Shown one piece after another: positions 19,438-28,164 of a stretch of DNA of 64,000 bases (position 1 is its first letter; each line of letters begins with the position of its first letter). Both the position numbers and the translations under genes were made by a program. The notes under the pieces were generated by a model. That model was given only the letters and a program-made list of their open reading frames with translations. It made no database searches and was not told the DNA's origin. Origin of the DNA: Clostridiales bacterium UBA3678 (lineage in GTDB: Bacteria > Bacillota > Clostridia > TANB77 > CAG-508); assembly GCA_002372935.1 (NCBI GenBank), contig DFJF01000007.1, forward strand, positions 86,019-150,018, written 5' to 3'.

Positions 19438-20562
19438 ATGATGGCAAACAATTTTATAAAAGGATATGGAAATACAAATATATCAGATAAAGTAAAAAGA
19501 TGTAAAGAATTTTACAATAAAAATAAAAAGATGTGTACAATATCATTAATTGCATTTATCATAATTTTAATATTAATTATCATTTTATTAGTAAATCATA
19601 ACAAAAAAGAGATAGATACTACATCTACAATACACGGAATTACTATAAATGACAATACACAATTTTACAAAGAACCAAATGAAAAAGAACTAATTTCTAC
19701 TTTAGAAAAAGGAAAAAATGTGTATATATTTGATAAAACTACAGATAGAAATGGTATAACCTGGTATTATGTAGATTACAATAATCAAATGGGATATATA
19801 AATGAGAAGGATGTAAAATATTTTGTATTTAATGATAGTGATGAAAACACACTAATGAGTGATGTTTCAAAATTTAATGTTATTTATGAACAATTTAAAA
19901 CCGAAAATGACTATGAACTATTTTTAATAGAGAATAATTTTAATTATGTATATATTCGTGCAGGAGGAAGAGGCTATGGGCAAGACGGAAATATGTACAT
20001 AGATCAAAATGCAGATATGTATATAAATGCTTGTGAATATCTTGGAATACCTTATGGATTCTATTATATAGATGAAGCTTTAAATGAAGAAGAAGTAAAT
20101 GAAGAAATAGAATTCATGCAAAATTTTATATCAGAACATGCTAAGGAAAACTGTTTACTTCCAGTTGTAATAGATATGGAATATCATGATGGAAGTGGAA
20201 GAGCAGATACTAAAGATGCTTTAGCAAATAGATCTAGAATTGCTCAAAACCTTTTAAATGGATTCAAAAATGCTGGCTTAAATGCTTTTATTTATAGTAA
20301 TGCACAATATGCAAATAAATATCTTTCAGATGTAGACTCAGATTTCTGGCTTTCATATTATACAGAGGAAACTTCAGTTCCAAATTATTGGTATACAGAA
20401 ACTAACCAGGATAAGGTTATTTCTAATACGGATTTTGTAAATAAGATGAAGATTTGGCAATTTTCGGAAACAGGTGCAAGTGATATTGGAATAGATATTC
20501 AAATTGATTTAAATTTGGTTAAAGATAATTTCTTAAAAAAATTTGTTATAAAAGACAAATAA
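19438..20562 (+). CDS. membrane-anchored GH25 muramidase (lysozyme) with SH3b-like domain
   Basis: N-terminal TM. SH3b-like segment (NGITWYYVDYNNQMGYINEKDV). GH25-like catalytic region (YVYIRAGGRGYGQDG...GIPYGFYYI...LPVVIDMEY). Confidence 0.6.
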   Translation: MMANNFIKGYGNTNISDKVKRCKEFYNKNKKMCTISLIAFIIILILIIILLVNHNKKEIDTTSTIHGITINDNTQFYKEPNEKELISTLEKGKNVYIFDKTTDRNGITWYYVDYNNQMGYINEKDVKYFVFNDSDENTLMSDVSKFNVIYEQFKTENDYELFLIENNFNYVYIRAGGRGYGQDGNMYIDQNADMYINACEYLGIPYGFYYIDEALNEEEVNEEIEFMQNFISEHAKENCLLPVVIDMEYHDGSGRADTKDALANRSRIAQNLLNGFKNAGLNAFIYSNAQYANKYLSDVDSDFWLSYYTEETSVPNYWYTETNQDKVISNTDFVNKMKIWQFSETGASDIGIDIQIDLNLVKDNFLKKFVIKDK

Positions 20563-20716
20563 TAAAATGCTCTGACACATCGATGCATAGGTTTGAATCC
20601 TACCACCCCAGCAGTTTAATCTTTCGAATAACTTTAAAGAAAAAAATATTTTTGACATTGGATATAGTCAAAAAATATTTGCATACTTAGCTTATAACAA
20701 TACGGATAAGTTTGGA

Positions 20717-21129
20717 ATGAGAATGCCATCTTTATATGGATATAAAGATATAGCCGTTATTTATAATAAAAATCTTCTAATGGTATTGTAAAAAACTAGT
20801 TCAAAATGAAAGTATAAATCAAAGCATATATTTTAATGATGAGTTAGGAATCAAAAAACTCAGGAAAATAAAAAATAAATATTTAAAACAAGGTATAAGA
20901 GTAATACTAGTTCAAAACATTGAAGGAACTAAAGAATTTTTTAGAGTATATACCATTCATAATGGGCCATATAAATTATTTGATTATGAAGAAATATGTG
21001 AATTTATTTGTAAAATAAAAAATGAGCTAGATTTGTATTATTATGATTTAAATAATATTAAAATACAAAATATTAAGGATTGCGGATATGGATATGTCAG
21101 TGAATTTAGTTGTAAAGGAAGAGTAATAT
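20717..21129 (+). pseudogene. decayed ORF: ATG-initiated 24 codons, frameshifted into a 116-codon start-less reading frame
   Basis: MRMPSLYGYKDIAVIYNKNLLMVL* (20717-20790) is followed, one frame over, by an open frame 20781-21129 (…VQNESINQSIYFNDELGIKKLRK…GYVSEFSCKGRVI*). That frame has no ATG/GTG/TTG start near its 5' end. Confidence 0.3.
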
Positions 21130-21245
21130 GAAAGAGGATGGAAAATATACAAAAGAAAATAAAGAAGTATATGAACTATATAAAGAAAATGATGATTTAA
21201 TACCGTTTTTTGCGTTAAATATAAATTATAAGGAGTGTTTCTTAA

Positions 21246-22298
21246 GTGTTGATAGGAATAACGCAAACTTCAACAGCTTTTGGACCATCAACAACTCAAA
21301 GATTTAATCAAAGATTTCCTAGTGGAGTTGCTCAACAATCACCCAATGATGAGACAGAAGATAATATTTATGCAATTATTCAAGGTGCGTGTTGGTGTAA
21401 AGGATATTCGACAGGAGCAAGTGCTATAACTAAACATTTTTATAGTGGTACAGGTGGTGCGATAACACATTTAAAAACAGAGGCAGGATGCTCTGAAACT
21501 ACTTCTACAGTTACTTTAAATGTTATGAAGGCTTTGTTATCAATGGATCAATTTAGAATTGTAGGGGTTCCAACTTTAGAAAAACAAGTAATTCAAACTA
21601 TTCAAAGAACAATAAATAATCAGTATGAAGCTTATATTGGATTGTCTCCTTGTGATGGAGCTTACGGTAGAGAAATGAATTTGGCTTTAATTAAAGTACT
21701 TCAAGCTATAGAAGGATATGCTATAACATGTTTTGTAAGTGATATGTCAACTGGATATAGTGGAAATAAAGGATTTAGAATGCCTCAAAACTGGAACTTT
21801 GATCAGTTTGCCCCTATGTCAATGACAAATTCAGATGGAACATGGGCTATTGACAAAGTTGCAAGTTCTGGAAGATTTGAAGCAGTGGAGTCTTTAAGTG
21901 AAAGGTATTTATATGAAGGGGATTTTGTTTTTACTGGTGAACATAGTGGAACTAATATAAAATATGGAGGAAATAGATTAAGGGCTTATATTACACCAAT
22001 AGGAGAATCTGAAAATGTAGATTATTCAAATTTACATATAGAATTCTTAATAAGGCCACAAACATCGGTTTCGCCATATTATGATACATTTAAAGCTATT
22101 ATTGCTCCTATTGATGGTTCTGTTCATGATTTTGCAGAAATGATTGGAACAGATGTTGCTACTGACGATAGAGATTATATGAGAATTTCATCCGATACGA
22201 ATTATTATGCAACATATAGCGTTGTTGGTGAAAATGGAGAAGTAGTGAATAATGTTCCAGTTAGAGTAATTGTAAGTATAGAAACTGAAGAATATTAA
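21246..22298 (+). CDS. hypothetical protein (350 aa; Ser/Thr/Gly-rich N-terminus, no recognisable family)
   Basis: GTG start 10 nt after an AAGGAG RBS. Clean ORF ending at a bidirectional terminator. No motif I can assign. Confidence 0.5.
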   Translation: MLIGITQTSTAFGPSTTQRFNQRFPSGVAQQSPNDETEDNIYAIIQGACWCKGYSTGASAITKHFYSGTGGAITHLKTEAGCSETTSTVTLNVMKALLSMDQFRIVGVPTLEKQVIQTIQRTINNQYEAYIGLSPCDGAYGREMNLALIKVLQAIEGYAITCFVSDMSTGYSGNKGFRMPQNWNFDQFAPMSMTNSDGTWAIDKVASSGRFEAVESLSERYLYEGDFVFTGEHSGTNIKYGGNRLRAYITPIGESENVDYSNLHIEFLIRPQTSVSPYYDTFKAIIAPIDGSVHDFAEMIGTDVATDDRDYMRISSDTNYYATYSVVGENGEVVNNVPVRVIVSIETEEY

Positions 22299-22309
22299 TG
22301 AGAGATTTA

Positions 22310-22345
22310 AAATAAAAAAATAAGAGGAAGTAAAGATCCTCTTAT
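22310..22345. terminator. bidirectional terminator between convergent genes
   Basis: taagagga-agtaaaga-tcctctta hairpin with A-tract upstream and T-tract downstream. Confidence 0.65.
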
Positions 22346-22352
22346 TTTGCAT

Positions 22353-22898
22353 TTATTTATCTACTGTTTCCCAATCCTGTCCACCATTTTTTGTATTATA
22401 TGTGTATTCTATATTTAAATTTTTTAAAATCATAGTTCCTTCGTATCTATTACTGAAATGAATATTGGTTATAATGTTTTCAATAGTACTACTTCTTCCA
22501 ATATCTATAGCGGTCCAATTTTTTCCCATATCGTCTGAATAGACAATATAAGTTATATATTTATTTTCATCAATCATATTTAAAATATTTTTACTTACAT
22601 TTGAATTATTGTTTATTGATGGAGTTTCTTTTATGTAATAAAATACTATTTTGTTATTGTCCATTTGATATGTTCCTTCATAATATTTTCCATTGTTATT
22701 CTGAGTTAAGTAGTCAGCTATCAATGAAAAATCATAAGGTACTTCAGTCCAATCTTCAGAACCGATTTTAATATATAATTTTGAATCTTCAAACTTATAT
22801 GACATAGATTTAGTTGTATTTAATCTGTTTAATAAAAATAGTATACTTAAAAATATTAATATGCATGATATTATATAGATTATATTTTTCTGTTTCAT
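22353..22898 (-). CDS. hypothetical membrane-anchored/secreted protein
   Basis: Start MKQKNIIYIISCILIFLSILFLL chosen for the strong RBS (ggaggtaactATG); the ORF track extends to 22973. N-terminal signal/anchor. No recognisable family. Confidence 0.5.
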   Translation of the reverse strand: MKQKNIIYIISCILIFLSILFLLNRLNTTKSMSYKFEDSKLYIKIGSEDWTEVPYDFSLIADYLTQNNNGKYYEGTYQMDNNKIVFYYIKETPSINNNSNVSKNILNMIDENKYITYIVYSDDMGKNWTAIDIGRSSTIENIITNIHFSNRYEGTMILKNLNIEYTYNTKNGGQDWETVDK

Positions 22899-22980
22899 AG
22901 TTACCTCCGTTTTATATATTATATCAGAGGAGTACATTAAAATCAAATATAAATATAAATATAAAACTGTCAAACTTCCG

Positions 22981-23003
22981 GCTCAAACTCTTGAGCTTTT
23001 TTT
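22981..23003 (+). terminator. orphan plus-strand hairpin plus T7 (terminator-like insulator upstream of lepA)
   Basis: gctcaa-actc-ttgagc followed by ttttttt. No plus-strand gene lies upstream of it. Confidence 0.4.
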
Positions 23004-23046
23004 GTTTTTATGATAAAATACACACATAGATTTAAGTAGAAAGGGA

Positions 23047-23075
23047 ATGATTGATTAACACAATTAATCAATCAT
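23047..23075. promoter_or_regulatory. perfect 12-bp inverted repeat (ATGATTGATTAA-N5-TTAATCAATCAT) 10 nt upstream of the lepA start
   Basis: Read directly from sequence. Operator-like or RNA hairpin. Confidence 0.5.
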
Positions 23076-23085
23076 ACAAGATAAT

Positions 23086-24900
23086 ATGAATGAATATCAA
23101 AAATATATTAGAAATTTTAGTATAATAGCACACATAGACCATGGAAAGTCTACATTAGCAGATAGATTAATAGAAATGACAGGTGTTCTATCAGAAAGAG
23201 AGATGGAATCTCAAATATTAGATAATATGGACATAGAGCGTGAAAGAGGAATTACAATAAAAGCTCAATCTGTTCGTATGAAATATAAAGCAAAAGATGG
23301 AAATGAATATACTTTTAATTTAATAGATACACCAGGTCATGTTGACTTTAATTATGAAGTGTCTAGAAGTTTAGCAGCTTGTGATGGTGCAATTTTAATT
23401 GTTGATGCAACACAAGGAGTAGAAGCACAAACTTTAGCTAATTCATATTTAGCAATAGACAATAACTTAGAGATTTTACCTGTTATAAATAAAATTGATT
23501 TAGCAAGTGCAAGACCAGATGATGCAAAAAAAGAAATAGAAGATATAATTGGAATTCCAGCAGAAGAGGCACCATGTGTTTCTGCAAAAACAGGACTAAA
23601 TGTTGACCAGGTTTTAGAAAAAATAGTAACAGATTTGCCAGCTCCAAAAGGAGATGAAACTGCAAAGTTAAAATCTCTAATATTCGATTCATATTATGAC
23701 AACTATAAAGGTGCTGTAGCTTTTGTTAGAATTATGGATGGGAAAGTAAAAGTTGGAGATGAAATAGAGTTAATGTCCTCAAAAGACAAATTCATTGTAA
23801 CAGAAGTTGGATATTTTGCACCAGGAAGATATTTACCTTGTAATGAATTAAAAGCAGGAGAAGTAGGATATATTGCTGCAAGCATAAAAAGCCTCTCAGA
23901 AATAAGGGTTGGAGATACAATTACACTAGTAAATAATCCTGCAGAAAAACCGCTTCCTGGATATAAAAAAGTGACACCTATGGTGTATTGTGGGATTTAT
24001 CCAATAGATGGAAGTGAATATGAAAATCTTAAAATAGCATTAGAAAAATTAAAATTAAATGATGCAGCATTAGAATTTGAACAAGAGACATCTGCTGCAC
24101 TAGGATTTGGATTTAGATGTGGATTTTTAGGATTATTACATTTAGAAATAATAGAAGAAAGATTAGATAGAGAATTTGATTTAGGGTTAATCACAACTGC
24201 TCCATCAGTTATATATAAAGTTCATAAAACAAATGGAGAAGTATTAGATATCTATAATCCATCAGATTTACCAAACCAAGGAGAGATTGCATATATAGAA
24301 GAACCAATAGTTACAGCAAATATCATAACACCAAAAGAATATGTTGGTGGAATAATGGAAATGTGTCAAAATAGAAGAGGTATTTATGTAGATATGAAAT
24401 ATCTTGACGAAACTAGAGTTTCACTAATCTATGAAATGCCATTAAATGAAATAATATACGATTTCTTTGATAATTTAAAATCAAAAACAAAAGGCTATGC
24501 ATCATTTGACTATGAATTTAAAGAATATAGAGAGTCAAAATTGGTTAGATTAGATATAAGAATAAATGGTGAAAATGTTGATGCATTATCATTTATAGTT
24601 CACAAAGATATGGCATATAATAGAGGCAAAAAAATGGTAGAAAAACTAAAAACAGTTATACCAAGACATTTATTTGTCATACCACTTCAAGCAGTAGTTG
24701 GAGGCACAATAATTGCAAGAGAAACAATATCAGCATTACGAAAAGATGTATTAGCAAAATGTTATGGCGGAGATATTACAAGAAAGAAAAAATTATTAGA
24801 AAAGCAAAAAAGAGGAAAAGAAAAAATGCGTCAAATAGGTAAAGTTGATGTACCACAAGAAGCATTTTTATCAGTATTAAAATTAGATGACGAAAATTGA
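23086..24900 (+). CDS. lepA: elongation factor 4 (LepA)
   Basis: 604 aa. GTP-binding motifs [18 protein letters not shown]. LepA-specific C-terminal domain. Confidence 0.9.
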   Translation: MNEYQKYIRNFSIIAHIDHGKSTLADRLIEMTGVLSEREMESQILDNMDIERERGITIKAQSVRMKYKAKDGNEYTFNLIDTPGHVDFNYEVSRSLAACDGAILIVDATQGVEAQTLANSYLAIDNNLEILPVINKIDLASARPDDAKKEIEDIIGIPAEEAPCVSAKTGLNVDQVLEKIVTDLPAPKGDETAKLKSLIFDSYYDNYKGAVAFVRIMDGKVKVGDEIELMSSKDKFIVTEVGYFAPGRYLPCNELKAGEVGYIAASIKSLSEIRVGDTITLVNNPAEKPLPGYKKVTPMVYCGIYPIDGSEYENLKIALEKLKLNDAALEFEQETSAALGFGFRCGFLGLLHLEIIEERLDREFDLGLITTAPSVIYKVHKTNGEVLDIYNPSDLPNQGEIAYIEEPIVTANIITPKEYVGGIMEMCQNRRGIYVDMKYLDETRVSLIYEMPLNEIIYDFFDNLKSKTKGYASFDYEFKEYRESKLVRLDIRINGENVDALSFIVHKDMAYNRGKKMVEKLKTVIPRHLFVIPLQAVVGGTIIARETISALRKDVLAKCYGGDITRKKKLLEKQKRGKEKMRQIGKVDVPQEAFLSVLKLDDEN

Positions 24901-24904
24901 TCTA

Positions 24905-24989
24905 CTTTCAAAAAGGGACGGTTCTTTTTTGAAAGAGAACCGTCCCTTTTTAAAAAAGAACCGTCCCCTTTTGAAAAAGAACCGTCCCC
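24905..24989 (+). repeat. lepA terminator built from the GGGACGGTTC box: 10-bp perfect hairpin plus T-run, followed by two extra direct half-copies at 21-bp period
   Basis: GGGACGGTTC at 24915-24924 pairs with GAACCGTCCC at 24937-24946. GAACCGTCCCC recurs at 24958-24968 and 24979-24989. An outer CTTTCAAA/TTTGAAAG inverted repeat sits at 24905-24912 and 24928-24935. Confidence 0.75.
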
Positions 24990-25008
24990 AAATGAAAGAA
25001 GGTAATTT

Positions 25009-25806
25009 ATGCAAAGAATTTCAAGTAAAGATAATAATTTAATAAAACATTTAAAAAAATTAAAAGAAAAGAAATATAGAGATGAATATGGAGAATATAC
25101 TGTAGAAGGTATAAAACTTGTTAAAGAAGCTTTTAAAGAAAAGGCGAATATAAAACAACTGATTATATGTGATGGATGTAATTCAGAGATAATTGAAAGT
25201 CATTTAAAATATGAGATGGCTAAATTTGATTTTGTTTATGTTCCTGAAAATATTTTTAAAATGATTTCTAATGTGGATAATCCACAAGGTGTTTTAGCAG
25301 TTATTGGAAAAAATACAATAGATACTGCAAATAAAGATAATATATCTTTAACAAATGATATTATACTTGCTCTTGATGATATACAAGATCCAGGAAATTT
25401 AGGAACTATTTTAAGAACAGCAGATAGTGTAGGGCTAAAGCAAATTTTAATTTCAAAAGGTACAGCAGATCCATATAATCCAAAGGTTGTACGTTCTACT
25501 ATGGGTGCAATATTTAGAATAAATATTATAGAATGTGATAATTTAAAAGAAATTTTAGAGTATTTGAAAGAGAAAAATTATAAAATAATGTGTACATCTT
25601 TAGAGGCAAAAAAGACAATTTATCAAACAAATTATAATAAAAAGGTTATTGTAATTGGAAATGAAGCAAATGGAGTTTCAAAGGATATTCAAAAAATGGC
25701 TGATGAAAAAGTAATTATACCAATGCTTGGTAAAACAGAAAGTTTAAATGCTTCTGTTGCGACAGGGGTTATTTTGTATGAATATGTTAGGCAAAAATTG
25801 ATTTAA
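25009..25806 (+). CDS. TrmH/SpoU-family RNA 2'-O-methyltransferase
   Basis: SpoU methylase C-terminal motifs (VIVIGNEANGVS, IPMLGKTESLNASVATGVILYE). N-terminal substrate-binding domain. Confidence 0.75.
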   Translation: MQRISSKDNNLIKHLKKLKEKKYRDEYGEYTVEGIKLVKEAFKEKANIKQLIICDGCNSEIIESHLKYEMAKFDFVYVPENIFKMISNVDNPQGVLAVIGKNTIDTANKDNISLTNDIILALDDIQDPGNLGTILRTADSVGLKQILISKGTADPYNPKVVRSTMGAIFRINIIECDNLKEILEYLKEKNYKIMCTSLEAKKTIYQTNYNKKVIVIGNEANGVSKDIQKMADEKVIIPMLGKTESLNASVATGVILYEYVRQKLI

Positions 25807-25911
25807 TTTTTTTAATATATTTAAAATCCCATAATAAAATCAAATTTTATTGCAATATTGCTAAAATTGTGATTTAATAAGAATGTAAAAATCTTTTTAA
25901 GGGAGGAAAAA

Positions 25912-26910
25912 ATGAAGTTTATCGAACAAATAAAGCAAAGAGCTAAAAAAGATATAAAAACAATTATACTTCCAGAGGCGGAAGATAAAAGAGTATTAGA
26001 AGCTGCAAGTAAAGTTGCAAAAGAGGGATTTGCAAATATTATTTTACTTGGAAATAAAGAACAAATTGAAAAAGATAGTTCTAAATATAATCTTGATTTA
26101 TCAAAAATAGAAATTATAGATGTTAATTCATCAGACAAAAAGCAAGATTACGCAAATAAACTTTATGAACTAAGAAAAGCAAAAGGGTTGACCTTAGATG
26201 AAGCAGAAAAATTAATAGAAGAACCAATTTATTTTGGAATGATGATGCTTAAAAATAATGAAGCTGATGGTTTAGTTTCAGGAGCAGCACATTCTACAGC
26301 AAATACATTAAGACCAGCTCTTCAAATATTAAAAACAGCCCCAAATACAAAATTGGTTTCAGCATTTTTTATTATGTGTGTTCCAAATTGTGAATATGGA
26401 GAACATGGAAATTTTGTATATGGTGATTGTGGTTTAAATCAAAATCCTACAGCAGATGAATTATCAGAAATAGCAATTTCGTCTGCCAAAAGTTTTGAAG
26501 ATCTAGTTCAATCTGAACCAAAGGTTGCGATGCTTTCATATTCTACTTATGGAAGTGCAAAATCCGAATTAACAGAAAAAGTTATAGAAGCAACCAAGCT
26601 TGTAAAAGAAAAATCACCAAATTTATTGGTAGATGGAGAATTACAAGTTGATGCAGCAATAATACCAGAAATATCAAAATCAAAGGCTCCTGGTAGCCCA
26701 ATAAAAGGAAATGCTAATGTACTTATATTTCCAGACTTAGATGCTGGAAATATTGGCTATAAATTAACACAAAGATTAGCAAAAGCTGAAGCTTATGGAC
26801 CACTTTGCCAAGGAATTGCAAAACCAGTAAATGATTTATCAAGAGGATGTTCTGCAGAAGATATAGTTGGAGTTGTGGCTATAACATCAGTTCAAGCGCA
26901 AAATCAATAA
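25912..26910 (+). CDS. pta: phosphate acetyltransferase
   Basis: 332-aa Pta-type protein. Located directly upstream of ackA. Confidence 0.85.
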   Translation: MKFIEQIKQRAKKDIKTIILPEAEDKRVLEAASKVAKEGFANIILLGNKEQIEKDSSKYNLDLSKIEIIDVNSSDKKQDYANKLYELRKAKGLTLDEAEKLIEEPIYFGMMMLKNNEADGLVSGAAHSTANTLRPALQILKTAPNTKLVSAFFIMCVPNCEYGEHGNFVYGDCGLNQNPTADELSEIAISSAKSFEDLVQSEPKVAMLSYSTYGSAKSELTEKVIEATKLVKEKSPNLLVDGELQVDAAIIPEISKSKAPGSPIKGNANVLIFPDLDAGNIGYKLTQRLAKAEAYGPLCQGIAKPVNDLSRGCSAEDIVGVVAITSVQAQNQ

Positions 26911-26947
26911 AATCAAGTAAAATAAAAAAAAGAAAGGAATTTGAATA

Positions 26948-28144
26948 ATGAAAATTTTAGTATTAAATTGTGGAAGTTCATCATTAAAATATCAATTAAT
27001 AAATATGGAGAATGATGAAGTAATTGCATCTGGAAAATATGAAAGAATAGGAGAAAAAGAGTCATTTATAACACATAAAGCTTGTGGAAAAAAGGTAAAA
27101 ATGGAGCATACAGCTTTAGATCATAATGAAGCAATAGAATTTACTTTAGAGCAATTTACAAATCCTGAATATAAAGTAATAGATAGTTTAAAAGAAATAA
27201 ATGCAGTTGGACATAGAATTGTACATGGTGGAGAAAAAATGAAGGATTCTGTTGTAGTAGATGATTCTGTAGTTGAAGAAATTAGAAAATGTGCTGAATT
27301 AGCACCATTACATAATATTGCTGCAATTATGGGAATTGAGGCAGCAAAAAAATCTATGCCAGGTGTACCAATGGTATGTGTATTTGATACGGCTTTTCAT
27401 CAAACAATTAGTAAAGATAAATATATTTATCCGATACCATATAAGTACTATGAAAAATATGGAATTAGAAAATATGGAGCACATGGAACATCACATATGT
27501 ATGTTTCTAGAAGATTAGCAGAAATAGAGAAAAAAGATCCAAAAGATTTAAAAATTGTTACATGCCATTTAGGTCAGGGATCAAGTATATGTGCAGTAGA
27601 TGGTGGAAAATCAATTGATACATCAATGGGATTAACACCTTTAGGTGGAATTCCAATGGTTACAAGAAGTGGAGATTTAGATCCATCTGTTGTTACATAT
27701 ATTATGAAAAAAGAAAACTTAACACCAGACGAAATGGAAAATATTTTAAACAAAGAATCTGGAGTTATGGGAGTTTCAGGATTAGCACCAGATTTCAGAG
27801 TTATTGAAGCTGAATCATATAATGACAATGAAAGAGCATATCTTGCTATGGAAATATTTAAATATTCAATAGCAAGTTATATTGCAAAATATGCAGTAGC
27901 AATGAATGGAATTGATGCAATAGTATTTACTGGTGGAGTTGGAGAAAATCAAATAAATATTCGTAGAGGAATTTGTGAACAACTTAAATTTATGGGAGTA
28001 AACATAGATGTAGAAGCTAATAATATGCGTGGAGAAGAAAAGAAAGTTTCAAAACCAGATTCTAAAGTTGAAGTTTGGGTAATTCCTACGAATGAGGAAT
28101 TAATGATAGCTAAAGAAACACAAAGATTAGTTTCTTCAAAATAA
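26948..28144 (+). CDS. ackA: acetate kinase
   Basis: Starts MKILVLNCGSSSLKYQL. 398 aa. Confidence 0.9.
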   Translation: MKILVLNCGSSSLKYQLINMENDEVIASGKYERIGEKESFITHKACGKKVKMEHTALDHNEAIEFTLEQFTNPEYKVIDSLKEINAVGHRIVHGGEKMKDSVVVDDSVVEEIRKCAELAPLHNIAAIMGIEAAKKSMPGVPMVCVFDTAFHQTISKDKYIYPIPYKYYEKYGIRKYGAHGTSHMYVSRRLAEIEKKDPKDLKIVTCHLGQGSSICAVDGGKSIDTSMGLTPLGGIPMVTRSGDLDPSVVTYIMKKENLTPDEMENILNKESGVMGVSGLAPDFRVIEAESYNDNERAYLAMEIFKYSIASYIAKYAVAMNGIDAIVFTGGVGENQINIRRGICEQLKFMGVNIDVEANNMRGEEKKVSKPDSKVEVWVIPTNEELMIAKETQRLVSSK

Positions 28145-28164
28145 AAAAAAGAGGAGATATATAA

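Noticed and set aside
21128-21307. 59-codon ORF (MKEDGKYTKENKEVYELYKENDDLIPFFALNINYKECFLSVDRNNANFNSFWTINNSKI) with a good RBS
   Set aside because: Its last 62 nt overlap the well-supported 350-aa gene in another frame, and it starts inside the stop of a decayed ORF. It may be real but is kept only as part of the accessory-patch finding.
24937-24989. Possible CRISPR-like array from three direct repeats of GAACCGTCCC(C)
   Set aside because: The repeat unit is only about 11 nt, with about 10-nt AT spacers and three copies. It is part of a terminator hairpin. There are no cas genes. Not CRISPR.
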